The notes beneath the pieces were generated by a model that worked only from the letters and a program-made list of their open reading frames with translations, was not told where the DNA came from and ran no database searches. From Podarcis gaigeae (Eukaryota): a DNA stretch of 64,000 nt. How positions within the stretch are numbered: the stretch's first letter is position 1; every line of letters starts with the position of its first letter. Both the position numbers and the translations under genes were made by a program. The stretch lies in NCBI GenBank assembly GCA_964106915.2, contig OZ066924.1; one strand, given 5' to 3'. Shown piece by piece: positions 49,725-60,930 of this stretch.

Positions 49725-50544
49725 GCTATACTATAGTCTCAGATCAAAGTTACTGTACAGCAATTCTTGTAATACTTGTGTGAAATTCTGAATGCAACAG
49801 GTGAAATAAGACAAAGCTGTTAGCAAACATGGCATGAGAGGCAGCACTAGCAGTCATCTTAAAGAGGTATAAGCAACTGCTCTCAGTACAAAAACTCAAA
49901 AGTGAATAGATCAATATATTTAAAATCAGTGAATATCAGAAAAGTACATCAAATAATAATTGGTATAAATCAAGTATCTCCCCCCGCCCCGCCCCCCCGC
50001 CACCATATAATACAAGTTCCTGAACAAACACATATTCCAATTGTTTGCTATAACAGTTGATGCATATTGATTTGCAACTGACTATAACTTTTATACTAGT
50101 TAAGAGCATTGTCCAAAACTTTGGCATTATGCAATCCAGATCCCTGTTTTGTATTTCAAATATTATTTTCTGAGAGATCAGGGATAGAATTGTAAAATAA
50201 ATTGTTTGTTTTTGCTTTCCCTCTACCCACATGAGGGTGCTAAGCAAAATCCCTTACTTTGATACGGAATGCCCAGAACTTTATATAAGTTCTGCAGCGA
50301 CAGAGCAGAACAGTGTTTTTCCATCAGGTAAAACAAGATGTCTATGCTATTTATAAATAATTTTCCTCAGTAATAAATATGCAACTATTGTGCCACCTAT
50401 AAATCTAGCACTGGTTTACATCCAGAATCGTCCATGGAGGCACAAGCTACTTCCATGGTGAGAAGTGCCTTTTTACCACCTCCAGTTAGTACTTCATCTG
50501 TAACTGTTTCTGTTTCATAGCTACAGTGGTTCTTCCATTGGTTA

Positions 50545-50762
50545 CTTTATGACTAGATTATTGCAAGGTGTTTTATTCTGGGGGAGTCTTTTGATTTGGT
50601 TCAAAAAGTTGTAACTGGTGCAGAACACTGTGGCAAGGCAGGTGTCTAGTCACAAACATAACACCAGCACTACAGAAACTGCACTGGCTGCCAGTTAGCT
50701 ACAAATCCAGGTTCAAGGTGCCTGAGGTGACTTACAAAGCCCTATGCAACTTAGGGCCTAGG
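50545..50762 (+). mobile_element. L2-like LINE 3' remnant
   Basis: CTAGATTATTGC...CTGCACTGGCTGCCAGTT...TTCAAGGTG (LDYC...LHWLPV...FKV). Confidence 0.65.
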
Positions 50763-51567
50763 CAGTATTTGAAATTCCCATTGTTCTAGGTGCATTTTGC
50801 AACAGGGAATTTCATTAGCACGAGCAGTTTCTGAGCTCTGGGTGCACTGCGCTTAAGATTTCAATTTAAAACTGCAAAGTGGAAAGAAAGGAGGAGCTTT
50901 TTCTGCCTCCTCACTTCCAGCTACTCTCTGAAGACTGGAGAAGAGACCCTCTTAAGAATATTAGGGGGGTGGGCAGGGGAAGGACTAGACCATGTGAAAA
51001 ATGAACATGATATTTTAGCTGCAGTTCATCCATTTTTCATCTTTGTATTCTTTTCTAACACTGGGCCTAGGATATTTGCTAGATCACCTTTTCCACTATA
51101 TACCAACCCGTTATCTGATATCATCTCTTAACTGTGCCACAAAGATGTACAGTGGCATCATAACTAGAGGTGAGCAATATATCCATACTTTGTTCCTTAC
51201 AGGTATGAACTCCAGACTGTGATAAAGTTTTCATATTTTTTCACCCTGTATCAAGAATGCAGTGCCCAGCTGGCCTTGCAGACCTAGCAGGCAGGAAGCA
51301 GCACTTTACAGCAAAGTAAAGCCTTTACTGCAAAGTAAATGGCCCTTTCCTGCCAGATCTGCAAGGCATAAGCCCTTGCTACCTCTAAGCAGCATAAGCC
51401 CCTGCCACCTCTTTGCAGTAAAAGATGCTTTCTGCCTGCACAATCTGCAAGGAACAAATCCCATGCCTCTTGGTAGAGACAGACCCAGCATTAATAACAA
51501 GTTTTCCTTCTCTTGCAAGGCAAAGTAGAGACCTAGCTTCCCTGCATTCCCCCCAAAAGATCCATGC

Positions 51568-51693
51568 GGCTTTAAGGCACACACCCATGCCTCTTGCTAG
51601 GCAGAACAGAGATGCAGCACGGGTATCAGGCTAAGAACGATTATCAGGGTCTCTACTCTGCCTAGCAAGAGGCAAGGTGTGTGCCTTAAAGCC
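51568..51693. repeat. ~45-bp inverted repeat with 37-nt loop
   Basis: Arms 51568-51612 and 51650-51693; about 41/45 complementary. Confidence 0.9.
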
Positions 51694-52257
51694 ATGTTTA
51701 TTAGACTCTTCCTGTGGTATGGAGATTCCGATCAGCAAACAAAGTTTCCTCTTCGGATAAGATCAACAGATAAGATCAATGTGGCTTGGCTCCTGCTTCT
51801 GTTCAGGCAAGGATGCACCAATTTACTTCTACAGTAAAGGCTTTATGCATTTGGAAACTAAGGTGCAGACAATGCTGATGTCTGGGCTGCTGTCAGTTCA
51901 AATTTCTGGTTTTAGATATATTGTGGTGTATTTTAAGTATCATTTTTACTATTATTTATTCTACAACTGATGTTTTTAAATGTTGTAAGCCACCTTGAAT
52001 TCCAACTTGGTAGGATATAAATATAGTACATAATAAATAAAATAATATGAGAGGCATCCATGAAATTATTTTGAGTTTCTTGGAGGATAAACACTATAAA
52101 GACTTAGTAAGTAACACATAATTTGACATCTTTTTTATTAGTGTGGCTCAATTAAAGAATACATTTTTTTTTAAAGCACAAAATATATAAATATATATAC
52201 ACTATATTATAGTAGTGAGTAGAGCTACATACATGCAGAGCTACATACACACAAGAA

Positions 52258-52905
52258 TGAATTTCATTGGGGACAAATGTAAGGTTCTGCACTTAGGAAG
52301 AACCAACTGCACAAATATAAGATGGGGGACACCTGGCTTGCCAGTAGTACATGCAAAAAGGATCTACAGGTGTTAGTAGACCACAAGCTTAAAATGAGTG
52401 TGATGCAACAGCAAAAAGCTAAGGCTATTCTAGGCTGCACCAACAAAAATATAGTGTCATAGTCCCACTCTATTCTGTCTTGGTCAGACCATGCCTGGAG
52501 TACTGTGTCCTGGGTGCCACCATTTAAGAAGGATATTAACAAGCTGGAATAAGTGCAAAGGAGGTCAACCAAGATTATCAAGGGTCTGGAAACCGAGCCT
52601 TATGAGGAATGGTTAAGGGAGCTGGGTATGTTTAGCCTGGAAAAGAGAAGACTGAAAGGAAACAGGGTAGCCACTTTCAAATATCTGATGGAGTGTCACA
52701 TGGAAGATGGGGCAGCATGTCTTCTCTTGTTCTGGAGGGGGCAGGATCCAAATGAATGGCTTCAAGTAACAAGAAAGGAGATTCTGGCCAATCAACAGGA
52801 AGAACTTTCTGACAGTAAGAGCTGTTTGAAGATGGAAATGACTCCCTTGGTAGGTGGTACATTGTCCTCCCTTGGAGGTTTTGAAGCAGAGGCTGGCTGG
52901 CCACC
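52258..52905 (+). mobile_element. CR1 LINE 3' fragment
   Basis: DKCKVLHLGR...; [36 protein letters not shown]. Confidence 0.9.
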
Positions 52906-53612
52906 GGTGACCTAGTTTTCAGGTGCCAGGTGGCACCTAGATTGTCTACCTGACTTTCTAACACTGATCTACAACAGTTCCCAATGTGTTATGGAGCCAA
53001 GTACAGGGTGTTGCTATGAGTATATAAGACCCTTAACAGAACAGTAATATATTCTCCAGAAGTCTTTAATGGTTTAGTTTAACATGCTATCACTGAGTAA
53101 ATTTTCATTTAATTAAACGCATCAAATTTAGATTTTTATTTTTCCCCAAAAGTTCCAGCCTTATTTCAGACATCATGATATATTGAGATATTGCAGTGTT
53201 TAGCTGGCAATATATTGTGATATTGAAAACCAGACATCACCAAGCTCTAATCATAATTGGAATGCCCTCCCCTCAAGAATCAGGTTGATGCAAACCCTGA
53301 TATGTTTAGCTTTCTTTTAAAGATTTATTTATTTATTTATTTATTTAGGCATTTAGTTAAATTGACTGGAGATGTTTTACTGTTTCCATAGTGCTGCTAT
53401 GAAAATGTGATGTATTATTGCAGTGGTTTGATTTTCAGATTGTGTATTTTATTACATATTACATATTTTTATGGTGTATCCTGCTGTGGAACTGGTTTAA
53501 ATGATGAGCAGATAAATAAATAACTAAATAAATATAAAACAAACTCAGTCAGTTATTGTTTTCAATGCTTTTCTTTTACATAGAAAACTAGTTATTTGAT
53601 TAGCAGTCATGA

Positions 53613-53660
<48 letters not shown>
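53613..53660. repeat. (ATT)n microsatellite
   Basis: Direct reading. Confidence 0.95.
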
Positions 53661-55296
53661 GTATATAGTCCATATTCTCTTATAATTTTGAAGTTTGCAA
53701 ACCTTATCTAGCCTGCATTAGATGTCACAACCAATGTAATCTTCTTAAAATTACCCCTCTAAGATTTCTGCTCAAAACAAATTCAACAGTCACATGTATA
53801 ATAAGCTGGGTTGCACTTCAAAATGTTCAAAAATTAAAAAAATAATGTTAACACAAGAACAACAGGGGATACTATATTTGATGCTAACTCACTTTTTGCT
53901 GGGGGCAGGGGTGTCTAGTTCCCTTTGCTACAAGCATTATGCACAACAGGGATCAGGCCCTTGCAGCCAAGAAGCCCACCCCAGGCTTTAGACAGAGCTC
54001 TGCACAGGCCTTGCAGGGATACATTGCAACACTTTGTTACAAGGTCTCTATTTGTTATTTTCTACCAGGCAGTTCCAGTCTGATCACACTGCTAGCTACA
54101 TGATAATTTCTAGAACAATTCAATTTTATATTGAATATATGAAATCCCTACCTGTTTCAAATTTGCCTGTACCAGAAAATGTAACTTTTTAAACAAATTA
54201 TGTCGTTAGTGGTGGTTGTTGTTGTTTAAGCCAGTACGACACCTAGTGTAAATTGGAGAGTCCCTATCTAGGCATGCTACTCAGTGATGCAACTCCAAAA
54301 ATCATTGAAAGAAACCACTATTTCAGCTAGGACACAACCACCATGAACAATGAAGAGTCATCTTATTTACAAAGATGTATTTGTCAAAGTGAGCTCTGGT
54401 TAAAAACAGACTAACAGAGCTACGCCTCTGTAATTTGTTGCTAGGAATATATAAGCAGCCCCAAGTATTATCTGAAGCAGTTGGAGCCCATCTATCAGTG
54501 TTCAGTGGATAGGGAGATCTACAGACAGCTGTTATCCTTCCAAGTTCTCAGAATCACAGCTAGCCTCTAAGACACTCTACTGTCATAATAATGGGGAGGG
54601 GTGAGAACAGAACATAGATTTAGTCATTTTTTATTTTTTACTGTACTTGAAAACAAATGAAAACACCAATACTGAAAATGATACTATTTTCATAAAGGCA
54701 AAAAGATTTGCTAAATCTTTAAATAGTCTTCAAAGTAAATGTATTAAGCAAACTAACAAAAACAATTGCCTCACATTAAATGTGAATACATCATTCAATG
54801 CAGTTTAGACTGGTTAAAATCACATCAGAATAAAACAGTACTATCTAACAACAATTAAACAAAGGGAGGCGCAGCACCTGATATATGGTAGAAAGGAGTA
54901 TGCAGGGGAAAGGGGGCCTCTGCAGAGCACTGTACACAAAAATTGTAAACAGATGCTATATCATATCCCATATCAAACCACAATCTCAATAATTGGCTTA
55001 CTACAAATCTATACAGTGGCAATCAGAGTCAAAATAATTTCACACCTTTGCTCACAGATTCATAGGCACCTTCCACATGCCTCTATGGATGAAACCATAC
55101 AATTCTTATATAGAATTGCATAAGATACTTTACTAATATCTGTTAATTCCTTTGCCACTCTAACCTTTGGTCACTTTTCAGATTTGCCAGTGCTGCAAAA
55201 GCAGTAACAACTTCCTTTTCACCATATTAAACATCAAATAGAGCAGCTACAACTATTGTGAAAACTTCACGGCAAGTTCTATTCCAATGAATGCAG

Positions 55297-55315
55297 CAAT
55301 GCCCCCTGGTGGCCA
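55297..55315 (-). promoter_or_regulatory. CTCF-like motif TGGCCACCAGGGGGCATTG
   Basis: Near-consensus core plus upstream TGTTCC module 5 nt before the 19-mer. Confidence 0.7.
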
Positions 55316-55867
55316 TTCAAGGAACAATATCTAGTCTATATGTATATCAAAAGATGCTACTCTTCCAATCTTTGTGAAGGGATCAATTTAAAAGACAAAA
55401 AGGAATAAATACTTTTATTTGTAGATCCTGGTAAATATTCAGAACATTTCTGCATTACTTGTTTTGAGACTCCTAATTATTTTTCAAATACAACCTTATA
55501 AAAGCTCAAGTGAAAAGCTACCAACAACATATTAAAAGGAGAGATCCCAGGCTACCATCTTATTTTAAGTTTCAGATAATATAAGGAAAATTACTAGAAT
55601 AAAAAGAAGTGTCATGTGATTATACATTCAAAATATTGTATATCCAGGTAGCACATGTGAAATACACCCGTGTAGTAGTTTCTAAACAAGATAAAGATTG
55701 TGTTATATTGAACTGGTCCAACTGTAATATAATCTAGCTATGTACCTGATGTAAAATAAAACAATTTTACAATTTTAAAAATATGAACAGCACTCAGTAC
55801 ATTTAGAACACAATGGTTTGGATCTTGCATAAATTTACGTGCCTTTCTGATGGCAAAGTTCCTTTCT

Positions 55868-56318
55868 GATGGCAGGATCCCAAAGGATGTGCTTTACGGG
55901 GGGCAGGTTTCAGGCACCAGGCCCACTGGCAAACCAACTCTGCATTACAAAGATGTCTACAAAGCATGTGACATGAAGGCTGCCAACACCAACCCAACCC
56001 TATGGGAATCCCTTGCAGATGACCTCAGTGCCTGACGGCAGACAGTCAGGTCATGTATCCACACCAGAAACTAGAGGAGGAATGACTACTGGGAAGAGCA
56101 CAGAAAGAAGAAACGTCATAATACACCTGCAACAACAGAACTGAACGCTTTCATCTGCCACAGCTGCAACAAAATATGTCTTTCCCATATTGGTCTCTAC
56201 AGCCACAGCAGATACTTCAACCTTCCAACAGTTAGATTTTACACACACATCCCCCAAAAAGCACACTCCTCCACTGTCTCCAGAGACAGATGGATACTGC
56301 TAACAACAAGAACAACTA
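55868..56318 (+). mobile_element. RTE-clade LINE 3' fragment
   Basis: DGRIPKDVLYG...RPTGKPTLHYKDV; C2H2-like FICHSCNKICLSHIGLYSH; (CAA)-like tail. Confidence 0.85.
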
Positions 56319-58386
56319 CTCAAGGAAGGCAGCCGAACCCCAAATTCTGCCCTGAACCACTGCAATCCCCCAGAGGGTCCTTCAAACTTCTGGACTGGCT
56401 TTTAGGAGTATGCAGTAGGATAATGCGGGAAGTCAAAGAAACCTCACTGCAACAGCAGAGTTCCTTTCATGCTTCTCCAGTTCTCAACCAGTCTAAGAAT
56501 TCTATTATTTCAGGAATGTAAATATAAATATTTTATTTGTACCACCATCTTCAAAATATGTGCATTCATGTTTATGAACAAGGGTTCCCAAGGCGAAGGT
56601 GGCAGTCTTTGTTAATGGTGCCAACCACCTTTTTAAATCAAGAATGTGGACCAAAATATAACTTATCATGACAGTTCCAAACAGTGTCAAGATATCACCA
56701 TCCCATTGGGTGGAACATCATCAAGTTTGGCATGACAGGTCCACCCTGCACCTATTTTGATGCCTCTGAATATATTGTTGCACGATTCCCCAAGAGGTAA
56801 GTGGCAGTTTTTGTCTGTTTGGATGCCAGGTGCCATTTTGAATCAAGATGATGGACTGAAACATGACTTTGGCATGACTTTGCCCAATTTTTGGCAGATC
56901 AGCCCAAACCAATGATTTATATGCCTCTTGTATCATTGCCCAGATCATATATTTCTTGTAACACTGAAACTCTGAAATGTAGCCCCTACATATCCATGTA
57001 TAACTCATATGCAATTTAGGTGGAAGACCTAGAAAACTTTTAACGTTCAATTCACATAATTCACTTGGTGGAAACAAGACTTTCATGGCTGCTGCTTACA
57101 ACAAAAAGGTTAGGGAGCAAATGTTGCACACAAGAAAACAAGGAAGCAGGGGGAGAGGGATTGTGACAAGAGACAAGTGAGGTCTGCAAAATTGAACAAA
57201 TCAAATCAGTACACTTCTGAAGAAACTACATTTTAGTTTACGCACAAGTTACTACATTGTTCACACATTTAAAAATAGTCTTAAATTTATCAACAAAGCA
57301 AGTATGAAAAACAGAATGCATCCTTCTAATGCATATTTTATGATAGCGTGTTATTCTTTTGGAAAGCTCTTTGACTAAAGAACAGGATGAAAATGCTTTA
57401 CATAATAAAAGTGCACATACTGGGTGGAATTCAATGGTGCAGAAGCAGACATAACATGACTTTGCCGCCTTCTCCTTCCCCATGAAGCTTCCTATGTGCC
57501 CCAAAAAAATCTCCCCTGGAGTGTCACCCACCCTTTTTGAAGGTGAAAGAAAGGTAACAGAGAGAAAGAGACAGGAGGTTCTGCTATGTGGGTGGAAGTC
57601 CATTCTGCTAATGTTGGATTCAACCAATTATCTTTATAGTAAGAAAATGAAACAAATTAAGTTTAACAAAATGTCTTACAGTGCAACCTTATGTATGCTT
57701 ACGCCAAAAACAACAACAACGTTCTATTAAATTAAGTGTAACTTGTTCCCAGGTAAATAGTGTTGGAATTGCAGCTTTAGTTTCAGTTTTCTTTCACCAT
57801 TTATCAATTTGTGGTTCACCTCTTTCTTTCTCTCTCTCTTTTTTCTTTTCTTTTCTTTTCTTTTCTTTTTTTTGCATTTCTAGCCATTCTCTGTGATGCC
57901 TCAGTGTGTTTTATAAAGTCTTAGTGGGTATAACAGATGTACACTCTGCACTATAGTACTGAAAGTCCACTTAACTATGTTCTGCATTTTGTGTGTCTTC
58001 TACACAATACTCTTTCCTTTTGCCCCATGCGTTGCCCACAGACGATTCCCCTCCCCGTTTTTGTCATCTTTCTCCCTTTCAGAATCTAAATGCTTCAAAT
58101 TCCCCAATTGCCAATCTCTAAATTGATTTTCATAATCATATTTCATGGAATGGCAGACAGATCAATCATTTGTCTTTTATAGACAGGAGCAAGGGATATT
58201 TTTACCCCAGTTAAAACGCAGAGAAATGAGAGTGAGAATATTCAGCAAAAAAGATTTCCATGGAACCTCCATGGAAGTCCTAGATGTAACACCACTTACA
58301 GATGCTGTGTAATCTTACCATGCAACAAAGGAAAGCAGAGAACAACTCATTGAAGACTGCACATTTAGGTATGCTTATGAGCCCTG

Positions 58387-58681
58387 CGGGGGTTGGCACT
58401 GTGGTCTAAACCACAGAGCCTAGGGCTTGCCGATCAGAAGGTCAGCGGTTCAAATCCCTGCGATGGGATGAGCTCCCATTGCTCGGTCCCAGCTCCTGCC
58501 CACCTAGCAGTTTGAAAGCACATCAAAGTGCAAACAGATAAATAGGTACCGCTCCGGCGGGAAGGTAAACAGCATTTCCATGTGCTGCTCTGGTTTCGCC
58601 AGAAGCAGCCAGTAAAGCGAGATGAGCACTGCAACCCCAGAGTCGTCTGTGACTGGACCTAATGGTCAGGGGTCCCCTTTT
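58387..58681 (+). mobile_element. Older Sauria SINE
   Basis: Homologous to the young copies; 9-bp TSD TGAGCCCTG (58378-58386, 58682-58690). Confidence 0.9.
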
Positions 58682-58882
58682 TGAGCCCTGTGACACAAAC
58701 ATATACTCCATGCTAATCTGGAGTAAGTTTTACAACTTGATTCTCTACTCAGTTGCTAACATAGAACAATGTCATCCACCAGCTTCATCCAATTAGCATA
58801 AATGAAACAGTTGGGAAGATCTATTCTTAGTACCCCACTGTAAATATGGTAGAGTAGTTAAACTGTAAATATGGTAGAGTAG

Positions 58883-59247
58883 GGGATGCAGGTGGCGCTG
58901 TGGGTTAAAGCCTCAGCGCCTAGGACTTGCCGATTGAAAGGTCGGCGGTTCGAATCCCTGCGGCGGGGTGCGCTCCCGCTGCTCGGTCCCAGCGCCTGCC
59001 AACCTAGCAGTTCAAAAGCACCTCCGGGTGCAAGTAGATAAATAGGGACCGCTTACCAGCGGGAAGGTAAACGGCGTTTCCGTGTGCAGCTCTGGCTCGC
59101 CAGATGCAGCTTTGTCACGCTGGCCACGTGACCCGGAAGTGTCTCCGGACAGCGCTGGCCCCTGGCCTCTTAAGTGAGATGGGCGCACAACCCCAGAGTC
59201 TGTCAAGACTAGCCCGTACGGGCAGGGGTACCTTTACCTTTACCTTT
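58883..59247 (+). mobile_element. Sauria SINE, full length, young
   Basis: Head, B box and (ACCTTT)n tail; TSD TAGTTAAAC (58855-58863, 59248-59256). Confidence 0.95.
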
Positions 59248-59853
59248 TAGTTAAACATGGCTCCAGATAGCTTAGTGCTGGGGGCGGCACATTATGCTGG
59301 CATATTTAAATATACTGGAAAATACAAAGAGAACTGGAAGAAACTGATTTTGGCTTCTGGTCATTTAAGATATTTTAACATGCCCTAGTCTCAACTGTGG
59401 AATAGTGAGATGTGATAGGCCAACAGCACAACTGAACCAACGTTGTAGACCTCCCACCACACCGATGCTGTTTTTGGTACTCCCAATGAAACAGGGTAGA
59501 CAATAGCTAGAGCACAAATGGCAGAAAACCTGCAATGAAGATGACCCAGAATACATTAGAGCACATAATTCTGCCTATGGTGTGGAAGCCAAGGCTTACG
59601 TTGCTTTCCACTGCAGCCTTCTGTAACCTAGGCACTTTGAAAATCACTCATCTCCATAACAATGTGGATTTCATGCATTTGATGGGTCCTGCTGAAGTCT
59701 CCAAAACCTTATCCAGATTTATGAAAGTCATTTAAGACCTTGGGGCTAGATGATGTGGACAGGGTACTTGGAGTTGTACCTTGGCTGGCCCTCTTGACCC
59801 TTACCTAGCATGGCTTTTCAAGAGCCAATTAAGGAGGGCTTACCAGGTGGGTA

Positions 59854-60213
59854 GGGACGCAGGTGGCGCTGTGGGTTAAAGCCTCAGCGCCTAGGACTTG
59901 CCGATTGAAAGGTCGGCGGTTCGAATCCCTGCGGCGGGGTGCGCTCCCGCTGCTCGGTCCCAGCGCCTGCCAACCTAGCAGTTCGAAAGCACCTCCGGGT
60001 GCAAGTAGATAAATAGGGACCGCTTACCAGCGGGAAGGTAAACAGCGTTTCCGTGTGCGGCTCTGGCTCGCCAGAGCAGCGATGTCACGCTGGCCACGTG
60101 ACCCGGAAGTGTCTCCGGACAGCGCTGGCCCCTGGCCTCTTAAGTGAGATGGGCGCACAACCCCAGAGTCTGGCAAGACTGGCCCGTACGGGCAGGGGTA
60201 CCTTTACCTTTAC
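59854..60213 (+). mobile_element. Sauria SINE, full length, young
   Basis: 14-bp TSD CTTACCAGGTGGGT (59839-59852, 60214-60227). Confidence 0.95.
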
Positions 60214-60835
60214 CTTACCAGGTGGGTGCAGGGTTCAGTAACTGCATCACTGCATGAAAGGGAGGTGTCTGCCACCTTAGAAGGAAATTAAGCCTTTGAC
60301 TCAAGAGATTTAAGACAATTACCATACACCCAAAAGAAAATGCTCAAGAGGGGAGGAGTTGGGGGAGGGAACTGACATATATGCAGTACTCACTTTCTTT
60401 CTTTTTTCTTTTCAATAAATATATAGATTTATTGATTTAATATATAGTTTTATATATTATATAGTATTTATTTATTTAATATTATTTTATATATAGTTTT
60501 ATATATAACAATTACCAAAAAGAGAGGAGCCAAGTTTGCCAAAGTCCAATCTGTGATTTTGATAATTGCTATTCTTCAGGATCATCAGGAAAGTATTTTA
60601 TAAATAGAGGCCATATTTCAACAAAATTGTCTACATCATTTCTATTATCCAATGCGTGTAATCTCTTTGTTATTTTTTTTCTGATATGGCATTAGACCAT
60701 GCACTCTGTTTCTAATGACAGATACACAGATGTTCCACTTGACAAGATGTAGCAGGAAATAAGGGACTTTCAATGGCCAAACTAAACATCTCACTCTTGG
60801 CAGATGAACCACTTGACTGGCAGTTTTCTCCAGGA

Positions 60836-60930
60836 TTTCAGACAGAGTTCTCTCCCAGCCCTACCTAGGAATGCTGGGGACTGAATCTCCGACATTCTGC
60901 ATGCAAAGTAGATGCTTTACCACTGGGCTG
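60836..60930 (-). mobile_element. Old tRNA-derived SINE (same family as 49263)
   Basis: Reverse complement reads CAGCCCAGTGGTAAAGCATCTACTTTGCATGCAGAA...TAGGTAGGGCTGGGAGAGAAC. Confidence 0.65.

Noticed and set aside
56505-57086. Two minus-strand ORFs (61 and 121 aa) in non-repetitive-looking sequence
   Set aside because: No recognisable domain or splice structure; probably a decayed element
59853-59871. CAGGTGGCGCTG in Sauria SINE heads as CTCF sites
   Set aside because: Only the 3' half matches; the conserved 5' CC is missing
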